A DNA stretch of 64,000 nt, from the NCBI GenBank assembly GCA_963663165.1, contig OY760175.1:6336001-6400000 (forward strand), in the 5' to 3' direction. Below, in pieces: positions 29,867-40,300 of the stretch. Position numbers and translations under genes: made by a program. The notes under the pieces were generated by a model that was given only the letters and a program-made list of their open reading frames with translations, made no database searches and had not been told where the DNA came from. This DNA is from an uncultured Desulfospira sp. (GTDB taxonomy: Bacteria > Desulfobacterota > Desulfobacteria > Desulfobacterales > Desulfobacteraceae). Position 1 is the stretch's first letter, and every line of letters begins with the position of its first letter.

Positions 29867-30694
29867 ATGGGTGGTAATGCGGTCTTTAAAAGAAATGATA
29901 AAAAAGGGTCACTGGTTTTTATTTCCCACGGCGGCGGGCCGTGGCCCATTATGGGGGATGCGCGGCATACCCATCTGATCGAGTTCCTCAAAGAACTGCC
30001 GTCCGGCCTGATCCGGCCCGATGCCATCCTTTTGGTCAGTGCCCATTGGGAGGAAGATGTCGCGACCATCCAAAGCGGTCCAAAGCCGGATCTTTTTTTT
30101 GATTATTATGGGTTTCCCGAAAAGGCCTATTCATATGAGTATAATGCCCCCGGGGCACCGCAGCTTGCCCGGAAAATAGCCGGTCTGCTGGCTGATAACG
30201 GGGTATCCTCGGCAATGGATGATCAGCGCGGGTTTGATCACGGCATGTTTGTCCCCCTCATGCTCATGTATCCGGATGCCGGGATACCATGTCTTGAGCT
30301 GTCTTTGTACAACAGCCTGGACCCCCTGCAGCATATCGCCCTGGGGAAGGCCATTGGCCGGTTAAGACAGGAAAATATCCTGATCATCGGCTCGGGCTCA
30401 TCCTTTCATAACCTGCCGGCCTTTCATGAGCCCCCCACGGCAGAAACCAGAAGGCTCAATCACGATTTTGAATCCTGGCTTCGGCAGACCCTGACCCGCA
30501 GCGACATATCGGAACAGGCGCGCCAGGAAAACCTGGTTGCCTGGGAATCCGCCCCTGGCGCCCGGTTCTGCCATCCCCGGGAGGAACACCTGCTGCCCCT
30601 TCATGTGTGCTACGGGGTTGCGGGGGGCCCTGCGGACCGGGTGATTGAGGTGACCTATATGGACCGGACCGCCAGCATGTATATCTGGGCCTGA
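29867..30694 (+). CDS. DODA-type class III extradiol dioxygenase (LigB family)
   Basis: FISHGGGP, SAHWEE, RGFDHG, GSGSSFHNL, HPREEHLLPL; start uncertain. Confidence 0.9.
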   Translation: MGGNAVFKRNDKKGSLVFISHGGGPWPIMGDARHTHLIEFLKELPSGLIRPDAILLVSAHWEEDVATIQSGPKPDLFFDYYGFPEKAYSYEYNAPGAPQLARKIAGLLADNGVSSAMDDQRGFDHGMFVPLMLMYPDAGIPCLELSLYNSLDPLQHIALGKAIGRLRQENILIIGSGSSFHNLPAFHEPPTAETRRLNHDFESWLRQTLTRSDISEQARQENLVAWESAPGARFCHPREEHLLPLHVCYGVAGGPADRVIEVTYMDRTASMYIWA

Positions 30695-30707
30695 ACCTCT
30701 GGTGTTG

Positions 30708-30761
30708 AATCTTGCTCTAATTGTCAGCCGCAGGCTGATTTATTTGAGCGTGAGCAAGATT
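30708..30761. repeat. Family C hairpin repeat, copy 2
   Basis: aatcttgctc...atttgagcgtgagcaagatt between convergent genes. Confidence 0.6.
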
Positions 30762-30793
30762 AAAAGCAGGCGCGGGAAAACCGGATGAAAAAA

Positions 30794-31759
30794 TCATGGT
30801 TCCCCGGGGCCGCTTTTAATGGAGAAAAAACTCAACAAAGAGCCTGCAATGAGCATGATGCACCCCAGCCACAACGAGAGGGTGGGGGCCACGGAAAGGT
30901 AAATGCAGGAGACAATGGTGGAAAACAGCGGGGTCAGATAGGAGCTTGAGGCCACCAGAATGGCGTTGCCCTCCCGCATGGCATTGTCCCACAGGCTGTA
31001 GGCGGCATATGTAATCACCCCCATGACGATGACTTCAATGATCACCCGAAGGTTCCATATCCGGGGCTCGGTGACGAAAAAGCTGATGGCAAACATGACC
31101 AGGGCCGTAGCCGCCAGAAAGTAGGCAACGGCCCCCCCGGCCTGGTCGCCCCCCACCCATTTCCGGGTGAGGGTGGAGTATAAAGCCCAGGCAACGGCCG
31201 CACACAGGGCCGTCAGATAAGCCGCCGGATTAGCGGCAAGATTGTCCAGGGTGCCGTGCCAGGTATGGTTGCCCCCGCCGGACAGGACAAAGAAGACCCC
31301 GAACAGGGCCAGGACGGTGCCCGGCAACAGAAGCCATCCGGCCCTGTTCTTTAAAATGGGGACAGAAAACAGCAGTGTCAGGGCAGGCCACAGGTAATTG
31401 ATCAATCCGATCTCCACCACCTGGTTGTGGTTTTCGGCCAGCCCAACGGCAAGGAACAGGCACAGCATATACGCCACAAAAAGGAACCCGCAGCCAAATA
31501 GATAGTTGCGGGACAGTCTGGCCAGTTTGCGGCGCTGTCCGGAGGACCGGAATACGCCGGCCAGGCCGAGTCCGGCACTGATACAATACACCAGTCCCGC
31601 CCCAAAGACCGGGCCTAGGTTTTCACAGATACTGCGGGTAAACGCAATGCTTGTACTCCACAGCAGGATGGCCAGAAGCCCTCCGGCTGTCGCCAGGTGA
31701 GCTGAGCTGCTCAAGTTGATACGGTCTGCCACTTTTCTTTCTCCAAAAATCAATTTCAA
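30794..31759 (-). CDS. yddG: DMT/EamA-family exporter, YddG-like
   Basis: About 10 TM segments; AILLWST, EIGLINYLWP, SYLTPLFS. Confidence 0.85.
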   Translation of the reverse strand: MKLIFGERKVADRINLSSSAHLATAGGLLAILLWSTSIAFTRSICENLGPVFGAGLVYCISAGLGLAGVFRSSGQRRKLARLSRNYLFGCGFLFVAYMLCLFLAVGLAENHNQVVEIGLINYLWPALTLLFSVPILKNRAGWLLLPGTVLALFGVFFVLSGGGNHTWHGTLDNLAANPAAYLTALCAAVAWALYSTLTRKWVGGDQAGGAVAYFLAATALVMFAISFFVTEPRIWNLRVIIEVIVMGVITYAAYSLWDNAMREGNAILVASSSYLTPLFSTIVSCIYLSVAPTLSLWLGCIMLIAGSLLSFFSIKSGPGEP

Positions 31760-33456
31760 GCGACGACGATTTTTTCATAAGGCCAGCACACCACCCCGCC
31801 GTCCATGAATTTGACGTTTTCATACCCTTCCCCGCTCAGGATCCGTTCGGCTTCATATCCGCGCAGGGAGATTTTGCAAAACGGAACGATCTCCTTATCC
31901 CGGGGCAGCTGGGCCAGGGATTCCCGAAGTTTTCCCAAAGGAATCAGCTTTACCCTGGGATCTTCAATACGCATCTGCTCATACTCCTGGGGGCTTCTGA
32001 CATCCAGAAAAATAAAGTCATCTCCCTGGGTTATTTTTTCTTTGACTTCCACCGGGGTCAGGGAATTGCCCAGGTTGTTGAGCTTGTTTTCAGCGATGTT
32101 GGCAGCCGTGATGATATTGTCCATGGCCGGAGAAAAGGGCGGCGCATAGGCCAGGTCATAAAGGGCAATATCCGTGACCTGGCTTTGGGATGAGATATTG
32201 GCGATGGCAATTTCCATTCGTTTGGCCACATCCCCGGGGCCGACGATCTGGGCGCCGAGCAGCCGCCGGCTGTCCTTATCCACCACCAGCTTGATAATGA
32301 TCAGTTTTGCCTCGTCCAGGAAATGGGCCTTGTCCGGCGCCGGGCTCAGCACCGTCACACAGTTATACCCCATGGCCCGGGCGGCCTTTTCAGTTAACCC
32401 GGTCCGGGATACATTGGTGTTGAACACCCGGCAGATGGCGGTTCCGCATATTCCCTTGAACTCTGAGGGAATGCCGCAGATATTGTCGGCAATAATCCGG
32501 CCATGCTTGTTGGCGGTGGACCCCATGGGGGCATAAACCGGTTTCCCGGTGACAAGGCTGATGTTCTGGGCACAGTCGCCGCCGGCATAAATATGGGGGT
32601 CAGAGGTTTGCATGTGGGAGTTGGTCCATATGGCGCCGGTTTCCCCGATGTCCAGGCCGGCGTCTTTGGCCAGCTTTACATTGGGCCTGACCCCTACGGC
32701 AACCAGAACAAGATCTGCCGGATACTCGGCCTTATCCGTCACCACACGGTTGGCGGTAAGCGGATCATCGCCTTTAATTTGAGTCACCATTTCACCGGTT
32801 TTCAAGGCAACACCGTTAGCAGCCAGTTCCTTGTGCAGGTGGTAGACCATTTCAAAATCAAGCAGTCCGCCCATGGCCTGGCCGGTCATCTCAATCATGG
32901 TGATGTCCATCCCCTGCTTTTTAAAGGACTCGGCCACTTCAAGGCCGATGAGCCCGGCACCGATAATAATGGCTTTTTTGCCCTTGAGCGGCCCGCTCTC
33001 ATCCCTGATTTTTCTGGCATCTTCAACGGTTTGAAGGAAACGGACATTGGCAAAGTCGGTCCCGGGGATGGGCGGTACCACCGTGGTGCTGCCGACGGCA
33101 AGAACCAGGTCGTCATAGGGGTAGTCTTTTGATTCTCTGGTCAACAGATTGAGTGCTGAAACCATCTTGTTTTCCCGGTCAATGGACTGGACCATGGTAT
33201 GGTTTTCAACCTGAATGTCCTTGACCATTTTAAAAAAATTAGGATCCCGTATGGCACCGGCAGGGGTTGCCATCAATTCACCATAGGTTTTAACCTGTCC
33301 GGAGATATAAAAGGGCAGACCGCATCCGGCATAAGAGAGCATCTCTCCTTTTTCAAAAATGGTCACTTCAGCATGGGGATCAAGGCGTTTGATCCGGGAG
33401 GCCGCTTTGGGGCCGCATGCAACGCCGCCAATAATCAGTATTTTCTTTTTTTTCAT
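31756..33456 (-). CDS. CoA-disulfide/persulfide reductase-type FAD oxidoreductase with C-terminal rhodanese domain
   Basis: IIGGVACG, SYAGCGLP, GAGLIGLE, DLAYAPPF, LDVRSPQEY, FCKISLRG. Confidence 0.9.
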   Translation of the reverse strand: MKKKKILIIGGVACGPKAASRIKRLDPHAEVTIFEKGEMLSYAGCGLPFYISGQVKTYGELMATPAGAIRDPNFFKMVKDIQVENHTMVQSIDRENKMVSALNLLTRESKDYPYDDLVLAVGSTTVVPPIPGTDFANVRFLQTVEDARKIRDESGPLKGKKAIIIGAGLIGLEVAESFKKQGMDITMIEMTGQAMGGLLDFEMVYHLHKELAANGVALKTGEMVTQIKGDDPLTANRVVTDKAEYPADLVLVAVGVRPNVKLAKDAGLDIGETGAIWTNSHMQTSDPHIYAGGDCAQNISLVTGKPVYAPMGSTANKHGRIIADNICGIPSEFKGICGTAICRVFNTNVSRTGLTEKAARAMGYNCVTVLSPAPDKAHFLDEAKLIIIKLVVDKDSRRLLGAQIVGPGDVAKRMEIAIANISSQSQVTDIALYDLAYAPPFSPAMDNIITAANIAENKLNNLGNSLTPVEVKEKITQGDDFIFLDVRSPQEYEQMRIEDPRVKLIPLGKLRESLAQLPRDKEIVPFCKISLRGYEAERILSGEGYENVKFMDGGVVCWPYEKIVVA

Positions 33457-33723
33457 TTGAACTCCTCAATTTCAATTCAGGTTCAGCATTCCAACTCATC
33501 TATCGGAACGGTTCCATTCAGCTCAATGTCAGCTGTAACTGTATGGCATAATTCATGCCTGATCACAAGACAAGGAGATTATAACTTTCCTTGACAAATG
33601 GGAAGCTTGTGTCTTAAAAATTCTTATCCCGGGGGACAGATGATTCAATACCTTATTTCAGGGAACGGCAAATCGTCCCTGAACCCCCAGGCTGTTATGT
33701 TTTATCTGCAAAGGAGACGCCCC

Positions 33724-35292
33724 ATGCGTTTTACAGGCCATAACCCGGCAGCCATTGTCTGCCTTATATTTTTCTTATCCGGATTCACAGGCTGTGCAAG
33801 CCTGCCAAAAGATATCCACCGTCAGCCGTCTTTTGCCGTCACCGACGGCGGCACCACCCGGATCGGCCGGTCCGTTGCAGAGGATCTATCGGCCCATCCG
33901 GATCAATCCGGGGTGTTTTTACTGGGCAACGGCCTGGACGCCTTTGTGGGCCGTGCCGTGCTGGCGGGCCTGGCCGAGCGCAGCATTGATGTCCAGTACT
34001 ATATGTTTCACCAGGATACCGTGGGCAAACTGCTCATTGACCAGCTGATCAAGGCCGCCGACCGGGGGGTAAGGGTCCGGATGCTCATTGACGACATTTA
34101 CGGCAGTGAGGCAGATGATGTATGGGCTGCCCTGGATGCCCATCCCCATATTCAGGTGCGGCTGTTCAACCCCTTTTCCCGCAAAACCGCCAAGAACCTG
34201 CAATGGATTACCCGGTTTCAAGATGTCAATTACCGCATGCACAGCAAATCCTTTACCGTGGACAATCAGGCCGCCATTGTGGGCGGCCGCAACATTGGTG
34301 ATGAATACTTTAACGCCGATCCAAACCTTTCCTTTGCCGATCTGGACTGCCTGGCCACAGGGCCGGTGGTCCCCGAGGTGTCCGAGGCCTTTGACCAGTA
34401 CTGGAACAGTGACCCGGCTTACCCGGTTTCGGCCCTGACGGTACCTGCCGGAATAGAACAGCTGGACGATTTAAGACAGCGCATGGCCGCCTTTGCCAAT
34501 GATCCCGAAGCCTCAGCCTATATTGACGCCTTGAAACATTCCAATCTGGCCGGGTCCCTTCGTTCCGGCAGCGACCTGTTTAAATGGGCCAGGGCCAAAG
34601 TGATTCACGACGCTGTCCAAAAAAGGGGATTGACCAAAGACCAGCCGTCGGACCTGCTCATCGCCCAGTTGTGGACGGCCATGGAAAAAGCCAAAAACGA
34701 ACTGCTGATTATCTCCCCTTATTTTGTCCCGGGCAAACGGGGGGCAAAGGCCTTGTGCGACCTTAGCCAAAAAGGGGTAACGGTCCGGATCCTGACCAAT
34801 TCCCTGATGTCCAATGATGTGGCGGCCGTCCACGCGGGATACTCCCGGTACCGCAAACAGCTTCTTGGGGCCGGGGTCATTCTCTATGAGCTGGATGAGC
34901 AGATCAAAAACCAGATTGGGAAAAAGTATACCTGGCTGCCGGGGCTTGGCAAGTCCAGCCTGCACGCCAAGACCATGGTCATCGACCGAAAGGCCATGTT
35001 TGTGGGGTCCATGAACCTTGACCAGCGTTCTTTGTACATCAATAACGAAATCGGCATCCTGTTCTATAATGAGGAAATTGCCGCTGGCAGTGCCCAGGCC
35101 TTTGACCGGGGGATTGACCAGGCCGCTTTTTGCCTGTCCCTTCAAAAAGGCGGCAACGGTGCCGAATCCATCCAATGGCGCATCAATAAGAATGGAAAAG
35201 ACATTGTCTATGATTCAGATCCCTATGCCGGGTTCTGGAAAAAATTGAGTGTGGGGCTGATCCGCTTGCTGCCGGTGGAGTCCCTGCTCTAA
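33724..35292 (+). CDS. Phospholipase D family lipoprotein (ClsC/YmdC-like)
   Basis: Two HKD motifs (RMHSKSFTVD, LHAKTMVID); lipobox-like FTGC; SD aaggag before ATG 33724. Confidence 0.9.
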   Translation: MRFTGHNPAAIVCLIFFLSGFTGCASLPKDIHRQPSFAVTDGGTTRIGRSVAEDLSAHPDQSGVFLLGNGLDAFVGRAVLAGLAERSIDVQYYMFHQDTVGKLLIDQLIKAADRGVRVRMLIDDIYGSEADDVWAALDAHPHIQVRLFNPFSRKTAKNLQWITRFQDVNYRMHSKSFTVDNQAAIVGGRNIGDEYFNADPNLSFADLDCLATGPVVPEVSEAFDQYWNSDPAYPVSALTVPAGIEQLDDLRQRMAAFANDPEASAYIDALKHSNLAGSLRSGSDLFKWARAKVIHDAVQKRGLTKDQPSDLLIAQLWTAMEKAKNELLIISPYFVPGKRGAKALCDLSQKGVTVRILTNSLMSNDVAAVHAGYSRYRKQLLGAGVILYELDEQIKNQIGKKYTWLPGLGKSSLHAKTMVIDRKAMFVGSMNLDQRSLYINNEIGILFYNEEIAAGSAQAFDRGIDQAAFCLSLQKGGNGAESIQWRINKNGKDIVYDSDPYAGFWKKLSVGLIRLLPVESLL

Positions 35293-35422
35293 ACGGTCAT
35301 ACCTTTAAGGGCAGAAACCGGACCGTCTTTGGTTATCCGGCCAGGCAGCGGACACAAAAAAAAATGAAAGTTTTTTCAGAACGTTTGGCAGCGATTTCAT
35401 ATGAAACTTCAGGACATCAATC

Positions 35423-35983
35423 ATGAGCCAGAAAGACCGTGAAAAGTGGGATGAGAAGTACCGGAACGATTTCGGTGATACGGAGCCGTCAAAGATTGTC
35501 CGGGATTATATTCAACTGGCCCCCAAGGGACGGGCCCTGGACCTGGCGTCAGGGAAGGGGCGCAACAGCCTGTTTCTGGCCCTGCAGGGATTTGAGGTGG
35601 ATGCCGTTGATGTGTCAACTGTGGCCGTGGATGCCATGAAAGACCTTCACCCCCGGCTCCATGCCCGGTGTGAGGACCTGGATACCTGGGATCTGCCGCA
35701 ACAGCAGTACGATTTGATTGTGAGCATCCGGTTTCTGGACCAGCGGCTGTTTCCCCGGATCATTGAGGCCCTTAAACCCGGCGGCATGCTCATTTTTGAA
35801 TCATTCCTTGAAAAGACGCAGTTGACCGGCGAATCCTGCCACAACCCGAAATACCTCTTGTCACACAACGAACTGCTCCACGCCTTTTTGCCCCTGCGTA
35901 TCGTGTTTTACCGGGAAGAAACCCGGCAGGAGGGTGAGGAGGCCATTGTATCCATGGCCTCCCTGGTGGCCTTTAAAAGATGA
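35423..35983 (+). CDS. Class I SAM-dependent methyltransferase (TehB-like)
   Basis: ALDLASGKGRNSLFLA, VDAVDVS, LKPGG. Confidence 0.88.
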   Translation: MSQKDREKWDEKYRNDFGDTEPSKIVRDYIQLAPKGRALDLASGKGRNSLFLALQGFEVDAVDVSTVAVDAMKDLHPRLHARCEDLDTWDLPQQQYDLIVSIRFLDQRLFPRIIEALKPGGMLIFESFLEKTQLTGESCHNPKYLLSHNELLHAFLPLRIVFYREETRQEGEEAIVSMASLVAFKR

Positions 35984-36040
35984 TAGGGCTCCGCCGGGAG
36001 CCATGAGGCTCTTATTTACTGTCCAAACACTATTTAAGGA

Positions 36041-37033
36041 TTAAGAACGCGAATGGATCTCTTCTATAGCCTCTTGGGCGGCTTCTTTGAGATCGTCATG
36101 GGACAGATCTGTTAACCTGTCCCGGATCCATTGTCCGGTTTCCCGGTCTCCGGCCTGGCCCAGGGCATAAAGAATGTCCCCCTGGACCGGGGTGTCATGC
36201 CGGTCAAAGGCCTGGATGAGCAACGGGCAGATCTCTGTTGCCAGATCCGGTTGCTCTTCGGCAAGGCTTTCCACCACCACCATGGCCCCTAACCGGACTG
36301 ACCAGATGTCGTGAAGCAGGAGGGCAATAAAGCCGGGAAATATGGCACGGGCCTGAACCATCTGGTCCGCAATCCACTGGGCGTTTCCCTCTTCAATGAT
36401 GTTTTTTAATGACTCGGCGCTTAAGGCGGCCGGGTCCCGGTCCAGGATCATGGCCAGGACCTCCTGGGCCCCGACCGCACCGGTCCACCTGAATTCATTG
36501 TCCAGGATCAGGCAGGGGGCAGACATGACCTTGTCCTTTTGAGCCGCTTCAGGAAAAAGGCTGCCGTCAATGACGGTCAGTCTGATGTTGTCACAGAAGA
36601 CCGCCAGAGAAAACAGCGTGTTGACCATGCCGGGGCAGTGGGGACACTGCTGGGCAATGTAAAGGGTCAGATGGCACGGGATTTTGATTTGATCCAGCTT
36701 TTGTAACACCGCCGTTTCCGGCAAAGGTTCCCGGGAATGGATCAGGGTCAGGCCGTCCAGAAAGGGCACAAGTTCTCGCTCTAAAGGCAGGGCACCATAA
36801 AAAATATTCTCTTTTAAAAAAAGGCCGGGCAGGTTCAAGGAGCGTGCCGGCGGTCCGCTTTCAGATTCACCCGGTAAAATCTTCACACCAGGGGAAAGCC
36901 TGGAAAATGCCTCACAAAAACCGTCAATATGTTTCCGGGCCTCATGGTCCTGGGTGGTGCAGCGGATTTCAAGATTTATATGGCTGTCTTTGTGCCAGTC
37001 CGTGATTATCTGTTTGGCATGGTCGTCTATCAT
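36041..37033 (-). CDS. Thioredoxin-fold protein (AhpF N-terminal-like) with C-terminal HEAT repeats
   Basis: CPHCP, VMSAP; WSVRLGAMV...GDILYALG. Confidence 0.75.
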   Translation of the reverse strand: MIDDHAKQIITDWHKDSHINLEIRCTTQDHEARKHIDGFCEAFSRLSPGVKILPGESESGPPARSLNLPGLFLKENIFYGALPLERELVPFLDGLTLIHSREPLPETAVLQKLDQIKIPCHLTLYIAQQCPHCPGMVNTLFSLAVFCDNIRLTVIDGSLFPEAAQKDKVMSAPCLILDNEFRWTGAVGAQEVLAMILDRDPAALSAESLKNIIEEGNAQWIADQMVQARAIFPGFIALLLHDIWSVRLGAMVVVESLAEEQPDLATEICPLLIQAFDRHDTPVQGDILYALGQAGDRETGQWIRDRLTDLSHDDLKEAAQEAIEEIHSRS

Positions 37034-37185
37034 GGCAAATGCCTTTCCTTAAAATTCGTCAGGGGCTTAACGGGTCTGCTGTTTTCTTTATACCAGCGGG
37101 CCGGCAAATGCCAGGGATATATTGTCGGATTGGAGACTGGAGACCGGAAACGGGAGACCGGATTTGCTGTATTGATAGGTCGGTC

Positions 37186-37254
37186 GTAGGGGCGATTCAT
37201 GATTCGCCCTATCATGAATAACCCTTACGTGGGCAATTCATGAATTGCCCCTAC
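37186..37254. repeat. GTAG-type REP doublet (REPIN)
   Basis: GTAGgggcgattcatgattcgccc ... gggcaattcatgaattgcccCTAC. Confidence 0.8.
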
Positions 37255-37352
37255 ACCATCATTACCTGTCATTATAATAATCCAAAATTCAATTATACTG
37301 GAGATTACCTTGCCCAATAGCTTTTTCCCGGCAAATCGTGTACATAGATTTC

Positions 37353-40300
37353 ATGAAATTCATATCCGATCTTCACATTCATTCCAAGTACTCCAGGGCC
37401 ACGGCCAAGACCCTGGATTTTGAACACATTTACCAGGCCGCACGGATTAAAGGGATCACGGTGGTGGGCACCGGGGATTTTACGTTTCCGGCCTGGGTGG
37501 ACGAGATTGAAACCAAGCTGGAACCGGCCGAACCGGGCCTGTTTGCCTTAAAACCAGAATTTTCAGGACCCATTGACGCCACCATTCCGGAAACCTGCCA
37601 GGGGCCGGTCCGGTTTATGCTCCAGACGGAAATCAGCAATATTTATAAAAAGGACGGCCGGGTCAGGAAAAATCATAACCTGATCTATTTTGCCGATCTT
37701 GAGTCCGTCAAAAGGTTTAACCTTCGCCTGGACCGCATTGGAAACATCAAGTCCGACGGCCGGCCCATCCTGGGGCTGGACGCAGCCAACCTTCTGGAGA
37801 TCATGCTCGAAACCAGCGAGGATGCCTTTTTTGTGCCGGCCCATATCTGGACCCCCTGGTTTTCCATGTTCGGATCCAAGTCCGGGTTTGACAGTATGGC
37901 CCAGTGCTTTGGGGACCTGAAAGACCATATTTTTGCCGTGGAAACCGGCCTGTCTTCAGACCCGCCCATGAACTGGCGGGTCCCGGATTTAGACCATGTC
38001 CGGCTGATCTCCAACTCCGATGCCCATTCCCCGGGATTCTTGGGGCGCAACGCCACGGTGTTTGATACTGATCTGGATTATTTTGCCATGAAAAAGGCCC
38101 TTGAAACCAATGACCCCCAGGGGTTCCAGGGGACCCTGGATATGTACCCCCACCAGGGCAAGTACCATTATGACGGCCACCGCAAATGCAACGTTTGCCT
38201 GAACCCGTCCAAGACCGCCGAATACAGCAATCTTTGCCCTGAATGCGGCCGGCCCCTGACCCTCGGGGTCCTTTACCGGGTCCGGGAGCTGGCCCGGCGG
38301 CCTGAAGGGTTTTGCCCGGAAGACCGGCACGGTTATACCTCTATTATTCCGTTAAAGGATATGCTCTCGGAAATCTTTGAAGTGGGACCCAACACCAAGA
38401 AGGTGACCGGATACTATGACAGGGCCATTGAACGGCTGGGGCCCGAACTTGCCGTTTTAACCCGGATGACTGAAGATGAAATCCGGCAGGCCGGGGTTCC
38501 CCTTTTGGCCGAGGCGGTGTTGAAGATGCGCGACGGAAAGGTGCATATTGACCCGGGATATGACGGTGAATACGGCAAGGTCAAGCTCTTTTCCCCGGAG
38601 GAGAAACGGATCCTTAGAGGGGAGCAAAACCGGTTGTTTGCACCCCCGCCCCGAAAAGTAAAAAGCCCTTCCGATTTAGATTCCCCAAAAGTCAGCCCCC
38701 AAATTAAAAAAAGACCGGCAGCCCTCAGGGGGGAAACCGGCGCGGGAGCGAAGACCGCACCGTCCGGGAAAACCGACCCGGGGCTTTTGGCGGGCCTGAA
38801 CCCGGAGCAGCGGGCGGCGGTAGAATCCGAGTCCCGGGCCGTTCTCATCCAGGCCGGACCCGGCACCGGAAAAACAAGAACCCTGACGGCCCGGATTGCC
38901 TGGCTGGTGTCTGAAAAAGGGGTGGACCCCGGTGCCATCCTGGCCCTGACCTTTACCAACAAGGCCGCTGAAGAACTGTCCCGCCGGATCAAAATTTTTA
39001 TGCCCCAGCAGAGCCAACCGGCCCTTTCCGCCACCTTTCATTCTTTTTGCCTTAATATTTTAAAAGAATACCTGGGGTTTGACGGGGGGCTGGCCGATGA
39101 CGACCTTCGAAAAGAGCTGATTTTTAAGACTGTTGAACAAAACAGAGGAAAAATACGGGACGATTCGGGAAAACCTTGCGGCAAACGGGGGCTTGGCAAA
39201 ATCGCGGCATTGGCCGACCCGTTTATTGCCCAGTGCCGGCAGCAGCTTCTCGGGCCGGATGATGATCTGACAGGGCTTGCTTCTAAGATCAAGCTGCCGG
39301 AAAACTTTAAGGCCATCGGCCCGGAACTGTTCGCGCAAATTTACGGGCAATACGATGAGCAGTGTGCCCAATTAAACCTGATGGATTTTGAGGATCTGAT
39401 TTTCAAATGCCGGCAGGGCCTGGCAGATGATTCTGTCCTTTTGTCACAGCTTCATGACCGGTTTTTGTATATCTTCATAGACGAATACCAGGATTTAAAT
39501 TATGGGCAGTATGAACTGGTCCGGCTGTTGAGCCCCAAGGCCCATCTGCTGGTGATTGGTGATCCGGACCAGTCCATTTACGGGTTCAGGGGATCGGACC
39601 TCACATATTTTACCCGGTTTGAACAGGATTTCCCCGGATGCGAAAAAATCAGGCTCAAGCGCAATTACCGGTCTACCCAGACCATCCTGGATGCCTCCTG
39701 CCAGATGATCTCCAAACCTGACGGAGACGGCACATCCCGGCAGATTTATTCGAACACCACCACCGGCCAGAAGCTGATGATCAAGGAAACCGCCACGGAG
39801 AACGCCGAGGCCGTGGCCATCGGAAAGATGATCGAATCCCTTGTGGGGGGGCTGTCCTTTTTTTCAATGGATGCCCGGTCCGGAACGGTGGATAAGGAAG
39901 CCCCGGACAGGGAATATTCCTTTTCGGATTTTGCCGTTTTGTACCGGACAAGGAAACAGTGCGACACCCTGGCCCGTGTGTTTGAAAAAGAGGGGATTCC
40001 CTTTCAGACCGCCGATAAAAAAGATGACCTGACCCGGCAGGGCGTGGCAGAGATTATCGCCGCCGTCAAATGGGTAACCCGCAGGACCCTTGACGTAACG
40101 GTCTTAAAAAACGGGTTTAACGAAAAAAACCGTCCGGGCGCGGCCCTGGATTCCAGGGACCCTGGGTTCACTGAATGGCTTAGCCGGCTTGAAAAAGGGG
40201 CAGCGGGAAAAAACAGCCGGGAGCTGATGGGGTTTTTTAGAGAAAGTCTGGACAAGGATCACACCTGGGATGAAAACCAGGAATTCAAAGACGGGTATGC

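Noticed and set aside
33544..33559. Sigma-54 promoter TGGCATAATTCATGCC
   Set aside because: The -12 element is weak and the site reads similarly on both strands, so it cannot be assigned.
35318..35352. Possible fifth family A copy (ccgtctttggttatcc)
   Set aside because: The match is too short and degenerate to support.
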